DNA of 64,000 nt. Origin: Heteronotia binoei. Taxonomy: Eukaryota. Positions 11,384 through 23,406 of the stretch are shown here, piece by piece. Under the pieces are notes generated by a model. That model ran no database searches. It had not been told where the DNA came from and was given only the letters and a program-made list of their open reading frames with translations. Numbering within the stretch: the stretch's first letter is position 1; the number at the start of each line of letters is the position of its first letter. A program made the position numbers and the translations under genes. Location of the stretch: assembly GCF_032191835.1 (NCBI RefSeq), contig NC_083227.1, positions 126,170,001 through 126,234,000 on the forward strand, in the 5' to 3' direction.

Positions 11384-11796
11384 GTGAAGATAGATCCAGG
11401 TGAGCAGCCATGTTGGTCTGAAGCAGTAGAACAAATTTTGAGTCCAGTTGCACCTTTAAGACCAACAAAGTTTTATTCACAGTGTGAGCTTTCATGCTTA
11501 CACATCTGTCTCGTGACATATTTATTGCTTTGCTGTTTCCACAAGTTAAATCAAAACAGATGGTGACCTAATGAATTTAGCTTGCTATTGCTGTTTTACC
11601 TTTGCATATGTCAGAACATCTTCATTAAGTTGTATGCTAATATGCTGTTGACATATGCAGAGGCATCTGTCTATATATATATATGAACTATTAACCTTCA
11701 TTCCAGTGTGTCTGAGGAAGTGTGTACACACATGAAAGCTCGCACCTTGAATAAAACTTTGTTGGTCTTAAAGGTGCCACTGGACTCAAAATTTGT
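11384..11796. mobile_element. Penelope-type inverted terminal remnant with hammerhead-like core
   Basis: Inverted pair of the ...gaaagct...aataaaactttgttggtcttaaaggtgc-actggactc segment; 12-bp direct flank TCTGCAGTCTCT (11372-11383, 11797-11808). Family assignment is recalled, not searched. Confidence 0.7.
11708..11745 (+). ncRNA. Minimal type I hammerhead ribozyme motif (slightly degenerate)
   Basis: GTGT-CTGAGGA-A-[GTGTGT AC ACACAT]-GAAA-GCT-C-GCAC: core boxes intact, stem I GUGU/GCAC, palindromic AGCU stem III, G:U at the base of stem II. Confidence 0.55.
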
Positions 11797-12343
11797 TCTG
11801 CAGTCTCTATTTTAGACTGAGAACTTGAACTTCAAAAAGTAAAAGACACTGATGGATAGAATTCTTGTAGATTATTCCACTTCCTTAAATCTATGACATA
11901 AATAATCAGGATTTTTGTGTGTGCGTGTGAATATTGCTCTTCAGCTAGTATCTTCCACCATAAGCTGCAGAATTTTCACATCTTGTTATGCCTGAATTGT
12001 ATCTGTTCAATGGGTTAACCTCAACGTGTTCTAAAGCTGTAGCTTGCCTTTTTCTTCCTTTCAGGAAGAAGGAACTGAAACTTACCGTTGGGGGTTCTGT
12101 GTCCCTACCATGTTATAATTGGCAATAGCAGCCTCTCTGGCTCGTGACAATTTGCACAGAGGTTAATACCCTCTTGCAGTGGCTTAGTCACCAAGGGAAC
12201 CTGAGAGCAGAGATTCAGACCACCACAACACCACAGTTGTGGTGTTTACATTAACACTGTTCTTTTAATCTGAACCAGTCTTTTAGACTGCCCTAGGCCA
12301 TGACTGCTCTGCTCAGAGAAAGAACCTGACTTATTATACTGTG

Positions 12344-12619
12344 CAGTTTGGTGTAATGGTTAAGTGTGCGGACTCTTATCTAGGAGAACCGGATTTGATT
12401 CCCCACTCCTCCACTTGCACCTGCTAGCATGGCCTTGGGTCAGCCATAGCTCTGGCAGAGGTTGTCCTTGAAAGGGCAGCTGCTGTGAGAGCCCTCTCCA
12501 GCCCCACCCACCTCACAGGGTGTCTGTTGTGGGGGAGGAAGGTAAAGGAGATTGTGAGCCACTCTGAGACTCTTCGGAGTGGAGGGTGGGATAGAAATCC
12601 AATATCATCTTCTTCTTCT
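12344..12619 (+). mobile_element. Squam3-type tRNA-derived SINE
   Basis: cagtttggtgtaatggttaagtgtgcggactcttatct...aatccaatatcatcttcttc; same family at 22837, 35011, 43105, 45288, 53660, 62860. Confidence 0.88.
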
Positions 12620-14048
12620 CCCTGTTTAAAATTATGCTGCCTCCTTATTTAGCATTAAGAACACAACAATCATCTACATTTTTTGAAGTTTGCATATTGA
12701 TAAGATTTTATCAGTTATGCAGTTAGACAAGAGATATTATATGCAGCATTCTGAAATTTGGGAAGATTTAGCAAACATGAATGAACAGTGTCATTGGAAA
12801 CCTCAGCATTATATGGAAGGGGGAAAATGAACTACCATTAACATGCAAATATCGAGTAACCTCATTGGGCCACACAATAGAAAGCTGTTTGCCAAGCAAG
12901 ATAAAAATAAGCTGTAACTGTCATGGCTGATTCATGGCCATTTCTATATGTGGTGAATTGGTGACATTTGTGTAGTATGGGTTATGTTTTGTTTGGCGGG
13001 GGGGGGCGGTTCAGCACAGTAAAAGGAGTAGCCTCCTGTGTGTCCAAATGTACATCAAATGTGATTTTCAAACTACCATTTTCCATTGTACCTTTCTGAA
13101 GTATGCCTGTGAAATTATGATAGCTAGAAGACTACTTTAGCCCAGAATTCATCAGAATGAAATCCCACAAAGCACCACTGAAGGGTGAACAGAAAGCCAA
13201 AAGAAACACTCTAAATCAGTAATCCCCAATGTAGCACCTGCTGATGTATTTTCTGGTGCTCACTCGCTTCTTCAAAGTTTTTCTTCCCTAAAGTAAAGGG
13301 ATTGGCATTCTTCATTGGAGTGAAAGGTGCTTAAGAAGAACCCAGCAACAATCACCTTCGGGTCTGCAGGGAGTAGTACCATTCAGTAGCAGCTGCTTCC
13401 ATCATAGGAAGACAATTGGCTTAGAACCTCCCAACAATTTTGTGATTGCTCCTCATAGGAGCCATTTTGTGATGGATCAGCCCACCTCCCAAGACATCTG
13501 TCGTATAGTTTCAACCATTAGCTTTCCTCAGAATTCTAAAAGAGGTCACAGGCTGTTCAAATCTGGGTGCCCCTGCTCTAGATTATAGTCTTACCACCCA
13601 CAGCCCATGTTGGTAATGAACCCATGCTATAGTTAACATGACCAACTGACACACATGGAAATTGAACAAAACTTGGGATTTGGCTATATTTTTAGTAAGT
13701 TCTGGCAGTGTTCTGGCAAAGCGGTCACACAATCACTTATCTATGCTGAACAACAGAGAAGTGGATGCATGGGTCAGCCCTTATTTATCCAGCCCAGGTC
13801 TCCTGCTTTGGCGGGATACCTCTCATCCCCAGCCAGTTCAATGCACCACCATTCAACTGGGCAGCAAGGGAAGACTGCAGGGAGAAATGGGAGGCCATCA
13901 GGATTGCAAGCAAAATCATGACAGCATGAATCAGAGGTGCTGTCATATCGGTTGATGTTCTAACAGTCACCCCAAACTCACAGAATATGGACCAAAATGC
14001 CATAAAATTGCCAGTGACACAATGATGTCACTTTTGGGTTACACTGAT

Positions 14049-14322
14049 ACCAATTCCTCACTAGCAGTTGCTCCACCCCCAGGCTTCTGCTTTCCACAGC
14101 TCAAGTGATTGATTCCTCATCAGTTGCTGTGTGGGTGCATTTTGACCTGTGGTTCCCGTCAATTTTCCTGAGGCTTCCTGATCTCCAAAAAACAAGATCA
14201 AGTAGCCTCAGGGAAAATTGGAGGAAGCCATAGATCGAAATGTCCCCACGCAGCAACTGGTGAGGAATCAATGGTGGAAAGTAGAAGCCAGGGGGTGGAG
14301 CAACTGCTAGTGAGGAATCGGT
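14049..14322. repeat. Imperfect fold-back element (about 130-bp arms, 10-nt loop)
   Basis: accaattcctcactagcagttgctccaccccc pairs with gggggtggagcaactgctagtgaggaatcggt; inner arms pair up to the loop ccaaaaaaca. Confidence 0.85.
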
Positions 14323-14539
14323 GTGAAAGTGACATCATGATATCATTGGTAAGGCCCTACCGATACATGCTTAGATCTGGATGCCTTCTAGGCCATAAAT
14401 ACTTAGATTACTATCATGACATCTCAATACAATTGTTTCATTTGCTGATCTCACGTGGCTATGGCCATAGCTAGGTACAAAATTCAAGAAAAGCAAAGGA
14501 CAATAATGCGCAGCGTACTCTACTGTCTATCCCATCCAG

Positions 14540-14662
14540 TGCATCCACCGAGATTTGGCTGCAAGGAATGTGCTAGTAGCTGATGGACAAGTGGCAAAGA
14601 TCTGTGACTTCGGCCTGGCTAGAGACATTATGAATGATACAAATTATGTCGTCAAAGGCAAT
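14540..14662 (+). CDS. CSF1R: CSF1R exon 17 (HRD catalytic loop, DFG, activation loop)
   Basis: atccag|...|gtaagt, 123 nt, [41 protein letters not shown]. Confidence 0.98.
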
Positions 14663-14810
14663 GTAAGTACCTGGGATGACACCTGTGTGTTAGATAGCAC
14701 AACAGGCTAAGAGGAGTCACATGCAGGGATAGGTGGAGGCTACCTAGCAGAGTCTGGTTTAGCAAAAAGATCAGTCAAGGCACAGATTTTATCTGCTGGC
14801 TCATGAATAA

Positions 14811-14978
<168 letters not shown>

Positions 14979-15181
14979 TGAAAGAACCTCTGCTAGAAAT
15001 GGATAAATTTTGAGAGAGTGTAGGATACAAGGCTGATATTATTCTTGGAGGAAAAGCATGAAAGAACAGGGAAATTATTCTAGATATTTTTAAAAGCAAG
15101 GCCAGAGCAAGCATGGCGGAAGTCACACACTTATTGGGGTTCAGATCAGCCAGGGTCAGCACTGTCATCTTGATCCTTACC

Positions 15182-16143
15182 TAGGGTTGCCAACCTCCAA
15201 GTGGTAAAAACAACTGTATCTGAAAACAAAACTATTAAGTAACTTATAATATTTCTATAGAATTAACACTACAAATACAAAAGATACACAACAAGATTCA
15301 AAACGATACTTCCCAAGGTCCAGTGTCTCTTAAAGCAACAAGTTCTTTCTGTATGACTCCTCTAAGTTTTCTTTTTAAATTAAGGTCATGAAAGATCCAA
15401 AGTTCAGTCCATAAAGAGTCGGTATCCAGAATTCGGCTCCAAAGGGTAATTTCCCTTCATGCGGTTGCTGGCTAGATGATCCACATTCCGCTTGAACAAA
15501 GCTTTTTCGCAAGCCGAATGACAATTTTACCATTTGCTCTCCAAGCATCACTTTTGTTTGCCCATTTCTTTAGACATTCTTTTCAAGAGCCGTCTTGAAA
15601 GAGCTTGTGAAAAAGCTTTGTTCAAGAGGAACGTGGATCATCTAGCCGGCAACCGCGTGAAGGAAAATTACCCTTTGGAGCCGAATTCTGGATATTGACT
15701 CTTTATGAATTGAACTTTGGATCTTTCATGACCTTAATTAAAGAAAAAAACTTTGAGGAATCATACAGAAAGAACTTCTTGTTGCCTTAAGAGACACTGG
15801 ACCTTTGGAAGTATCGTTTTGAATCTTGTGTATCTTTTGTATTTGTAGTGTTAATTCTATAGAAATATTATAAGTTACTTAATAGTTTTGTTTTCAGGTG
15901 CAGTTGTTTTTTCTATTTTGCTATCACTGTACCGCCATTGGTTTGCTGCAGCCTCCAAGTGATAGTTGGAGATCTCCTGGGATTACAACTGATCTCTAGA
16001 GATCAGTTTATCTGGAGAAAATGCCACTTTGGAAGGTGGACTCTATGGCATTCTATCCCATTGAAGTCCCACCCCTCCCCAGATGCCATAGGTTCCACTC
16101 CCAAAACCTCCAGTTATTTCCCAGCCCAGAGCTGTCAACATTA
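15182..16143. mobile_element. Old hAT-type MITE interrupted by a long inverted-repeat insert
   Basis: TAGGGTTGCCAA start, decayed GAGCTGTCAACATTA end; insert flanked by direct repeat CCTCCAAGTG (15194-15203, 15952-15961). Confidence 0.7.
15206..15911. repeat. Long inverted repeat: 309-bp arms (15206-15514, 15603-15911), 88-bp spacer
   Basis: Manual reverse-complement alignment gives about 93% identity (about 18 substitutions, a few small indels). Confidence 0.95.
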
Positions 16144-16374
16144 TCCTCACCTGAAGCAGGGCCTGGCTAGAGGCAACATACACTGCTTCTGACTCTGCCA
16201 AGCCCAGTGTGTCTCAAAACCTTTAGCAATTCAGAGGCCTCTCTTAGTTTACATACTTGCCCTCCTACAAGCTACTCCAACATCCTTTCATCCTGCTTGA
16301 AAAGTACACATAAATAGAATGGTGCCCAGATTGTTTCTCCTATTAAAGCACTATGCTTCTTGTTACAATTACAG

Positions 16375-16474
16375 GCAAGAGCCCCTATCCTGGTATGAAG
16401 GTGGACAGCAAGTTTTATAGCCTGGTGAAACAGGGATATCATATGGCCAGGCCTGATTTTGCTTCAGATGACAT
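16375..16474 (+). CDS. CSF1R: CSF1R exon 19
   Basis: ttacag|...|gtaagt, 100 nt, [32 protein letters not shown]. Confidence 0.96.
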
Positions 16475-16724
16475 GTAAGTAGGATGACTCAGGGATGGGA
16501 CTTGAACAACTGAATGTTTGAAACTGTCTGAGTCATATACTTGGGTCCATCAGATGATGACATACCATTTTTTTTGCATTTTCCCACTATTACAGATATT
16601 AAAGTTTTGCCCCCAGTGATCTAAACTGAAGTCACAGCAAGATTATTCTTTTCTTAATCAATCATTACTATGAAATAGCTTGAAAATAATTCTCCAGAAA
16701 AATATGCTCCCTTCCATAGCACCA

Positions 16725-17012
16725 TGTGGAATTCACTACCACAGGGCGTGGCGGCAGCTATAAGCATAGCCAGCTTCAAGAGGGGCTTGGATAAAAATAT
16801 GGAGCAGAGGTCCATCAGCGGCTATTAGCCACAGCATATTATTGGAACTGTCTGGGGCAGTGATGCTCTGTATTCTTGGTGCTTGGGGGGGCAAAGTGGA
16901 AGGGCTTCCAGCCCCACTTGTGAACCTCCTTTTTTTTTTGGCACTGTGTGACACAGAGTGTTGGACTGGATGGGCCATTGGCCTGATCCAACATGGCTTC
17001 TTATGTTCTTAT
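16725..17012 (+). mobile_element. CR1 3' end fragment
   Basis: Matches the 3' end of the CR1 at 37.07-37.34 kb, ending ...gatccaacatggcttcttatgttcttat. Confidence 0.88.
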
Positions 17013-17558
17013 ATTCTTACCAGTGAGTTCTCCCCAAAGACCAAAATAGGGATGGAAAGAGCCATCCCCCTTGCCTTTTAGCGACAGAGTCAAGCTTGGA
17101 ATGCTGTGGTTGTCTAGCAACAACCACTGAAGGAATCTGTTGCTTAAAGCTACAGGCACTCCTTTTATCATTTTCAGATTAAGCTGCCCAGTGTTTTTTT
17201 TAAAAAAGATTTCACATCTAGGGCCCTTTTGGGGCTTATAGAAAGAGCAGTGTTGCCCGTTCACAGCTCCAGTCACTGGATTTAAGTACCCAAAGATATC
17301 CTGACTTCGCTATTAGAATATAAGATATTTTGCAAGCTTCCAAGAACCACACAGAAATACAGTACACTGTTGAATCATTTGCTGTCACTGTAAGTATAAG
17401 AAAGAACTGAGCAGCTAAATATATGCTCCAACCTGAAAATCATTGTAAGATCAGCTTTTATCCATTGACAAGAGTTACAAGCTCTCCCCACCTGATTCTG
17501 CGCAGGGCACTACTACAATTTAGTGTGAGGATGTGATAGATTTTTTTTCTCCATCTAG

Positions 17559-17664
17559 GTACAACATCATGAAAGCCTGCTGGAACTTGGAGCCCACTCA
17601 AAGGCCAACCTTCATTGAAATTTGTACTGTCATTCAAAAACAGCTAGATGCCATCAAAGAACAG
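17559..17664 (+). CDS. CSF1R: CSF1R exon 20
   Basis: atctag|...|gtagag, 106 nt, [35 protein letters not shown]. Confidence 0.96.
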
Positions 17665-17949
17665 GTAGAGATTTAAATCACTAAGGTGAAAAGGGAGATG
17701 GAAACCATACCCACGCAGTGTGTTTTCATAGAAAGTACATTACCTGGCTCACCCCTCCCTAATGTAACTGTTTGGGTGAGATTTCCATAAGCAGTATTGT
17801 GGAAAAGGATTTCTTACCATAACAGTTTACTACTGGTTGAGCATATACTAGTTCAGAGCCCATCTGTACAGTGGCAGAAGGACAATCCAGTACTCTTGGC
17901 CATGATCTATTATTTACTTAGGAGGGAGATATTATGCTACCTCTTCAGA

Positions 17950-18400
17950 GCCCTGCTCAAAGTGGCTTACTATTAAAATACTAAATTATTAATATAAAAA
18001 CAAGCCCAGAGACATATAAGTAGTATAAAGTTATTCAAAAAACAGACCAGACTAGAAACAGGTCACAAAACAACTGGAAAGATAAGCCCCAAATTAAAAG
18101 CCTGGATGAAAAGCAATGCTTTGACTTGGTGCCTAAAAAAATAGTAAAGCAGGTGCCAGGTGAGCCTCAAGGGGGAGGACATTCTGAAGGCCAGGGGCCA
18201 ACACAGAAAATACTGTCTCTGGTTGCCAGTGGTCTCACCTCTGAAGGTAGGGGCAAGCTTGGGAGGCAGATCTTAACTGGCAGGCTGGACAGCATATGAG
18301 AAGATGATCTTTCAGATACCCTGAGCCTTAAAGGTAAGAACCAACATTTTGAATTGTGCCCAGGAACAGCTATGCAGCTAGTACAGATCTTTCAGCACAG
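17950..18400 (-). mobile_element. Decayed L2-type LINE 3' fragment
   Basis: Pattern recognition of a squamate L2 3' region; heavily diverged, boundaries approximate. Confidence 0.4.
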
Positions 18401-18598
18401 GAGTGATACAATACCTAGCTATTATTTGTTAAGGGAGCCTTCCACAATTGATATAGTTTTCATGTCAAAGACTAATGGAGCATGAAAAGTAGGCAACAAG
18501 CAGTTTAAATAAGACTTAACTGCATTTCCCTTTTGCGTCAAACTGTGATGATGGCAATTTGGGAGCTAATTTTTTCCCCCCTTACCTATCCTCTGAAG

Positions 18599-18730
18599 GA
18601 CTATACAAACTTGCCAAGGAACACAGAAAATGACAGTGCCTGTGAGCCCACCAGCTTCTGTGAAGAATCCTGTGAAGCCAGAGAAAGCAGGCAGCCCCTT
18701 CTGAGCAGCAACAATTACCAGTTCTGTTAG
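18599..18730 (+). CDS. CSF1R: CSF1R exon 21 (last coding exon)
   Basis: ctgaag|DYTNLPRNTENDSACEPTSFCEESCEARESRQPLLSSNNYQFC*; matches the human LLQPNNYQFC C-terminus (Cbl-binding tyrosine). Confidence 0.96.
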   Translation, partial: DYTNLPRNTENDSACEPTSFCEESCEARESRQPLLSSNNYQFC

Positions 18731-18954
18731 AGACTGTCGTTCGCAATCTTCATGTCTGCTTGAGCACTGTTTCAGCTGGGATGCAGGTCCTCCACAGGTC
18801 TCTCGGGGATTTTCATGTCTGAAAACTAGATGCTTTCATTCACAAGTCCCAGCCTGGGGCTGTAACATGCATTGGCAACAGACTCCAAGCCATTCATTTC
18901 CTCGTCCTTAACATCTGGCATAATGGCTTCCCTCTTGCATTTAGCTTAGCTTGA

Positions 18955-18960
18955 AATAAA
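18955..18960 (+). terminator. Candidate CSF1R poly(A) signal AATAAA
   Basis: First AATAAA about 225 nt after the stop; another lies at 19703. Not verifiable without transcripts. Confidence 0.3.
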
Positions 18961-19769
18961 CAGCTGTCAAGAGGGCAATTGGTATAGCCAAGCACCAACC
19001 TTGTATGAAACCATGCTTGCATGAATGGGAATGGAGCCTGAAACTTTAAAGCCAAACATTCCGCATTTCATATGCACTTCACTGGCCCACATTTTGTAAG
19101 TTCCAAGAGATCAGATGAATGCCTTTCCCTATCTTTAGAGAACTCTTTTTTCCACACAAACTAATTGCCAGAAGTTGATAAAATCTCCTGCTGCAAAGAA
19201 CCAACAACCTATCCACTTTATCTCTCAGACAGGATTCTGCAGGGGGACAAAGAGAACAGGAAGAATCATGGTCATTCACCATTCCACAGTGACTTCCTAG
19301 ACAAAAAAATGAGCACAGACAGAACAAGAAGCAGTGCTTCATCCACAAGTATCTCTCATTTAGAATTACCATGCAGAATGCATTAACCAAGTAAACAAAA
19401 AAATGCATGTTTGTAACTATAGCTTTCAGTGATACAACCAATTAGTTAAGATTTATATATAAGCACACTTATGATTTGAGTAATTACCGATTTTGAATGA
19501 ACTAAGCCAATTGATCGTAGATGAGAACTAAGGAATAGCTATAGTTTATCATTTGTTTAATGGCTTGCAGTAGTTCAAGTAACTAAACTATAATCTAGGA
19601 GTAACTGCAACTCAACATAATGGATTGCTTGCTAAATCATTATAATATTTAGAAACTGATTTATAAACTTTTGACAAACTAGTACTTTAAGTTAATGGAA
19701 AGAATAAAAGGATGCCTATTCCAGGATGTTTTGCCATCTCAGATACAAAGGATGAAAATCCAAAGAATC

Positions 19770-19880
19770 TGAGAATCACAGAATCATAGAGTTGGAAGGG
19801 TTCTCCAGGGTCATGTAATCCAACCCCCTGCACAATGCAGGAAACTCACAAATACCTCCGCCTAAATTCACAGGATGAGT
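19770..19880 (-). mobile_element. CR1 3'-terminal fragment (tctatgattct tail)
   Basis: agaatcacagaatcatagagttggaaggg...; similar pieces at 51115-51180, 54610-54645 and 58858-59030. Confidence 0.7.
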
Positions 19881-22153
19881 TGGTACATCACTTGATTGAG
19901 TTGTGTTCTATACCTTATTCCTGGCAGCTAAATGTGTGAACCAACTCGTTAATTTCACGTGATATGAAGAAATTTAAAACTCTCTCTACAGCTTCACTTT
20001 GTGACTTAGTCGTCAAATTATTACCCATACTGGATTCTATTAAGGTGGTGACTGGATGGTGTAAGCAGAATTTAGCACTCAAATTCATAAGGACTTGATG
20101 CACAACAAAAGCTGTACATCATCCCTCCCCGAATACATTTTTGTTTAGAGGAAAGGAGGCATTCTGGAACATTTGGGTACACCATTACCCCTCATCCATG
20201 GAGTCAGGAAGTAGGGCTGATCATTCCATCTCCAGATGGGAGTACCCACCCTCTTGTTTTTCTTCTGGCCTCGCCTGTAAGAGTAAGCAAGGAAGGAGCC
20301 CTGTGGATTTTCCTTCTGTTCCCCAGAGAGCTTTCAGGGTTTCTAGTGTTTGTCTCTTTGTCCACTGACGCCTAACTTCACCTATAACAAAGTATAGCTG
20401 CTGCGCTAGTTTTTTGACACAGTGGACAGAAGTTCAACAGTGACTATATCTCAGTCTCATTATTCTTAGCCAGGGGCTGCTGAAACTACCTTTTAAGCTC
20501 ACTGGAGATACTCCTGGAAGAAGCACAGCAATGAACCAGAGTAATCTTGGGGGTCTGTTTATGGCTGTGTTTATGGAGCTATAGGATGATCAGGACCTAC
20601 AGTGCAGAGGCACACAGTGCTGTGCTCAAGTGAAATTTTTAAAAATTGCTGAAAATACTGAAGACAGCATAACTTTGTAAAGGCAGACAGCCTTGAAGCA
20701 GAAAAGATTGGCATTTACTCTAGTTGGACAGGGCTGGTTATCATGGAATATTATGAAATTAAGCTAATTTTGTATTTATGCAATAATGTAATTGTTGGAA
20801 TGTATTAAGTTCCAGAACTCACAACAATAGCAGCGAGGCAGACAACTCTGTTAATTGTTCATGATTTCTCCTGAGCTATTTTCATATAAGAAAAATTAAT
20901 ACAAAGTAAGAGCCATGCTGATGTGGAACATTTAACTTACATTTATTCCTCAAAATGTGTTACTTGTTCTATAATTTGCACTTTTTAGCAGTTCTTCATT
21001 TATACATTCGACATTCCCAAGCACTCATGTGAAGTGTTTTGTAAATGTATATATGTGTACAACATTGCAAACATAGCTTGAAAATCACAAATTAGAACCA
21101 AATATCCTAAAATAAGATGTTACATTTTAATCAATGTTCTACTGCAATTCAGCGTATACTGGTTTTATACAGAGATCTAGCTTTTCTAAAGCAGCCACCT
21201 TTGACATGTAAATTAAACAGGAAACCAATGCAGCTTGGCCAGAACTAACTGTGCAATTACAATATCATATGGCGAAGAAGGGAAATCTCATTCTCTACCC
21301 TATATTCTTCTCTTCCTCCCTCTTTCCCTTCCCTGGCAACCCCCCACAGCCTCTCCCTTTTCCTGCTTCCTTGTCCTTTCTACGCACCAGCCAACCTATC
21401 GTTATCTGCCCCCAGCTTCAGCTTTCCTTCCTTCCCTTGCCTAGCAGCTTCTCCCGCAGTGGCCACTGCATGCATAATGAATCTCTGGTGGTTACCACCA
21501 GGTCTGTCTTCAGCAAGTCCTCTTGCATCAGGGCATAAGAGGGGTGAGGGGCTTTTTCCAGAGCTGTTTTGGTCTCCAAATCCACCCTCCCCCCCCCCCC
21601 CACCCAGCCATGGCTTGGAAGGCTAGTCATATTATCCCAAAGATGGCCCTGAGGTGACAATACCATGGTCACAGTGGGCATTTTTAAATTAAAGTTACAG
21701 GTGTTATTTGCATTGTTTGGGTGACTTTTAATCCTCCATATCTAACTTTTAAAAAAAATTTCAAAATTTTCTGCAAGCCTGAACCATCTTTCAGATTTGT
21801 GGAGAAAAGTCCCTTGTCTGCCCTTGTCTGCATTTCATGGATTTTTGGTACACACTCTATGGCCCAGTTCAAAATTAGATATATGATACAGATGTGTAGC
21901 TTTTCTTTTCTTTACTACATGAGATTATACAACTATCTGGAAGGCTGTAGCAAAAGTCAGATTGAAAGTCCCCAATTGAAAGGATACAGGATGTGATCCC
22001 CAGTGCCCACCAATGAGTTTCCTAGTGCCTACTTATTTCTTCCCTGAGGCTTTTCTTCCGTAAAGTAGATTCAGGAGGGTATCCATGTTGGTCCGAAGCA
22101 GAACAAAGTTTGAGTCCAGTGACATCTTTAAGACCAACAAAATTTAATTCTAA

Positions 22154-22320
22154 ACCCTGTGGCACAGAGTGGTAAACTGCAGTACTGCAGTCCAAGCTCT
22201 GCTCACGACCCGAGTTCAATCCCAGTGGGCTCAAGGTTGACTCAGCCTTCCATCCTTCTGAGGTCAGTGAGTACCCAGCTTGCTGAGGGAAAAGTGTAGA
22301 TGACTGGGGACTACCTTTAC
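22154..22320 (+). mobile_element. Sauria SINE (Squam1 type), internally shortened
   Basis: gtggcacagagtggtaaactgcag...gagttcaatccc...ggttgactcagccttccatccttc, tail acctttacctttt. Confidence 0.8.
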
Positions 22321-22583
22321 CTTTTTATAAGCTTTTATGTACATGCACACTTCTTCAGATACTGGTTTCTTATCTCACTACATATACTAATGTAATTCAA
22401 TTGTCACATCTGTTGTAAACTCCTTTACTATGCTGTATGCTAATTTGCTGCATACATCACCTTCATCCAGTCTTAGCTATGTATACTGCTCAGTTACTTC
22501 TGTATCTTGACTCTAATTGGCCCTTCCTGGCATCACTCTCCTCACCCTTTACCCATATGTAATGGTTGGTGACTTGTTTCAGT

Positions 22584-22621
22584 GTATCTGAGGAAGTGTG
22601 CCTGCATACGAAAGCTTATAC
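22584..22621 (+). ncRNA. Minimal type I hammerhead ribozyme motif with intact core
   Basis: GTAT-CTGAGGA-A-[GTGTGC CT GCATAC]-GAAA-GCT-T-ATAC: stem I GUAU/AUAC, stem II closed by G:C, palindromic AAGCUU, predicted CUU cleavage after 22617. Confidence 0.65.
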
Positions 22622-22836
22622 CTAGAATAAAGCTTTGTTGGTCTTATAGGTGCCACTGGACTCTAGTTCCTGAAAGTACTGAGCCAGTCCTGGATTTCCT
22701 CTGCTTCATTGGAGCAGTAGGTGCTTCAGAAGTACCCAGAGGCATGCAAAGAGAACTCATTCAGAAACAGTGGCTTCCATCATAGGAGCATGCTTGGCTT
22801 AGAGCATCCCAATGTTTTGTTTGGCAGCACCTTCCA

Positions 22837-23115
22837 GAGACTCAGTTTGCTGCAGTGGTTAAGCCGCATGGACTCTTCTTATCTGGGAGAATGGGTTTGA
22901 TTCCTTACTCCTCCAAATGTTGATGTGAACTTGAGCCAGTCACAAATTCTTGCAGAGCTGTTCCTCTCAAGAGCAGCTTCTTTTAGAGCCCTCTCAGCTC
23001 CACCTACCTCACAGGATACCTGTTGTGGGGAGGGGAAGGGAAAGGAAAGGAGATTGTAAGCCGCTCTGAGATTCTTTTGGGTAGTAAAGGGTGGGGTATA
23101 AATCCAATCTCCTCC
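22837..23115 (+). mobile_element. Squam3-type SINE (older copy)
   Basis: Homologous to 12344-12619. Confidence 0.85.
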
Positions 23116-23406
23116 CATAACAGTCATTTTGCAGTGGTGCCCACTACCGTTTCTCAAAAGTCTGAAAGTGCCAGAAAGCTCAAAAAGTTTGGGGACCTCT
23201 CAGTGACTCTTTCCAAACAGGGGTCACCTAGATGCTTTTGGGCCCACCCAGTTTTTTGCCCCCTCCCCCCCAAAAAAACAGGGTGGTATCCTTTTGACTG
23301 GATGGTTTGATGAGAGTTTCCACCCATTTTTCAGAGGCTCAAATCCAATTCATCTCACACCTATCATAAAACTCTCTAGGATTTTAACTAACACAGAAAA
23401 TCAAAA

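Larger units (their letters stand above)
22068..22666. mobile_element. Penelope-type inverted remnant interrupted by a Sauria SINE
   Basis: Same inverted architecture as 11384-11796; TSD-like flanks TTCCGTAAAGTA / TTCCTGAAAGTA. Confidence 0.7.
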
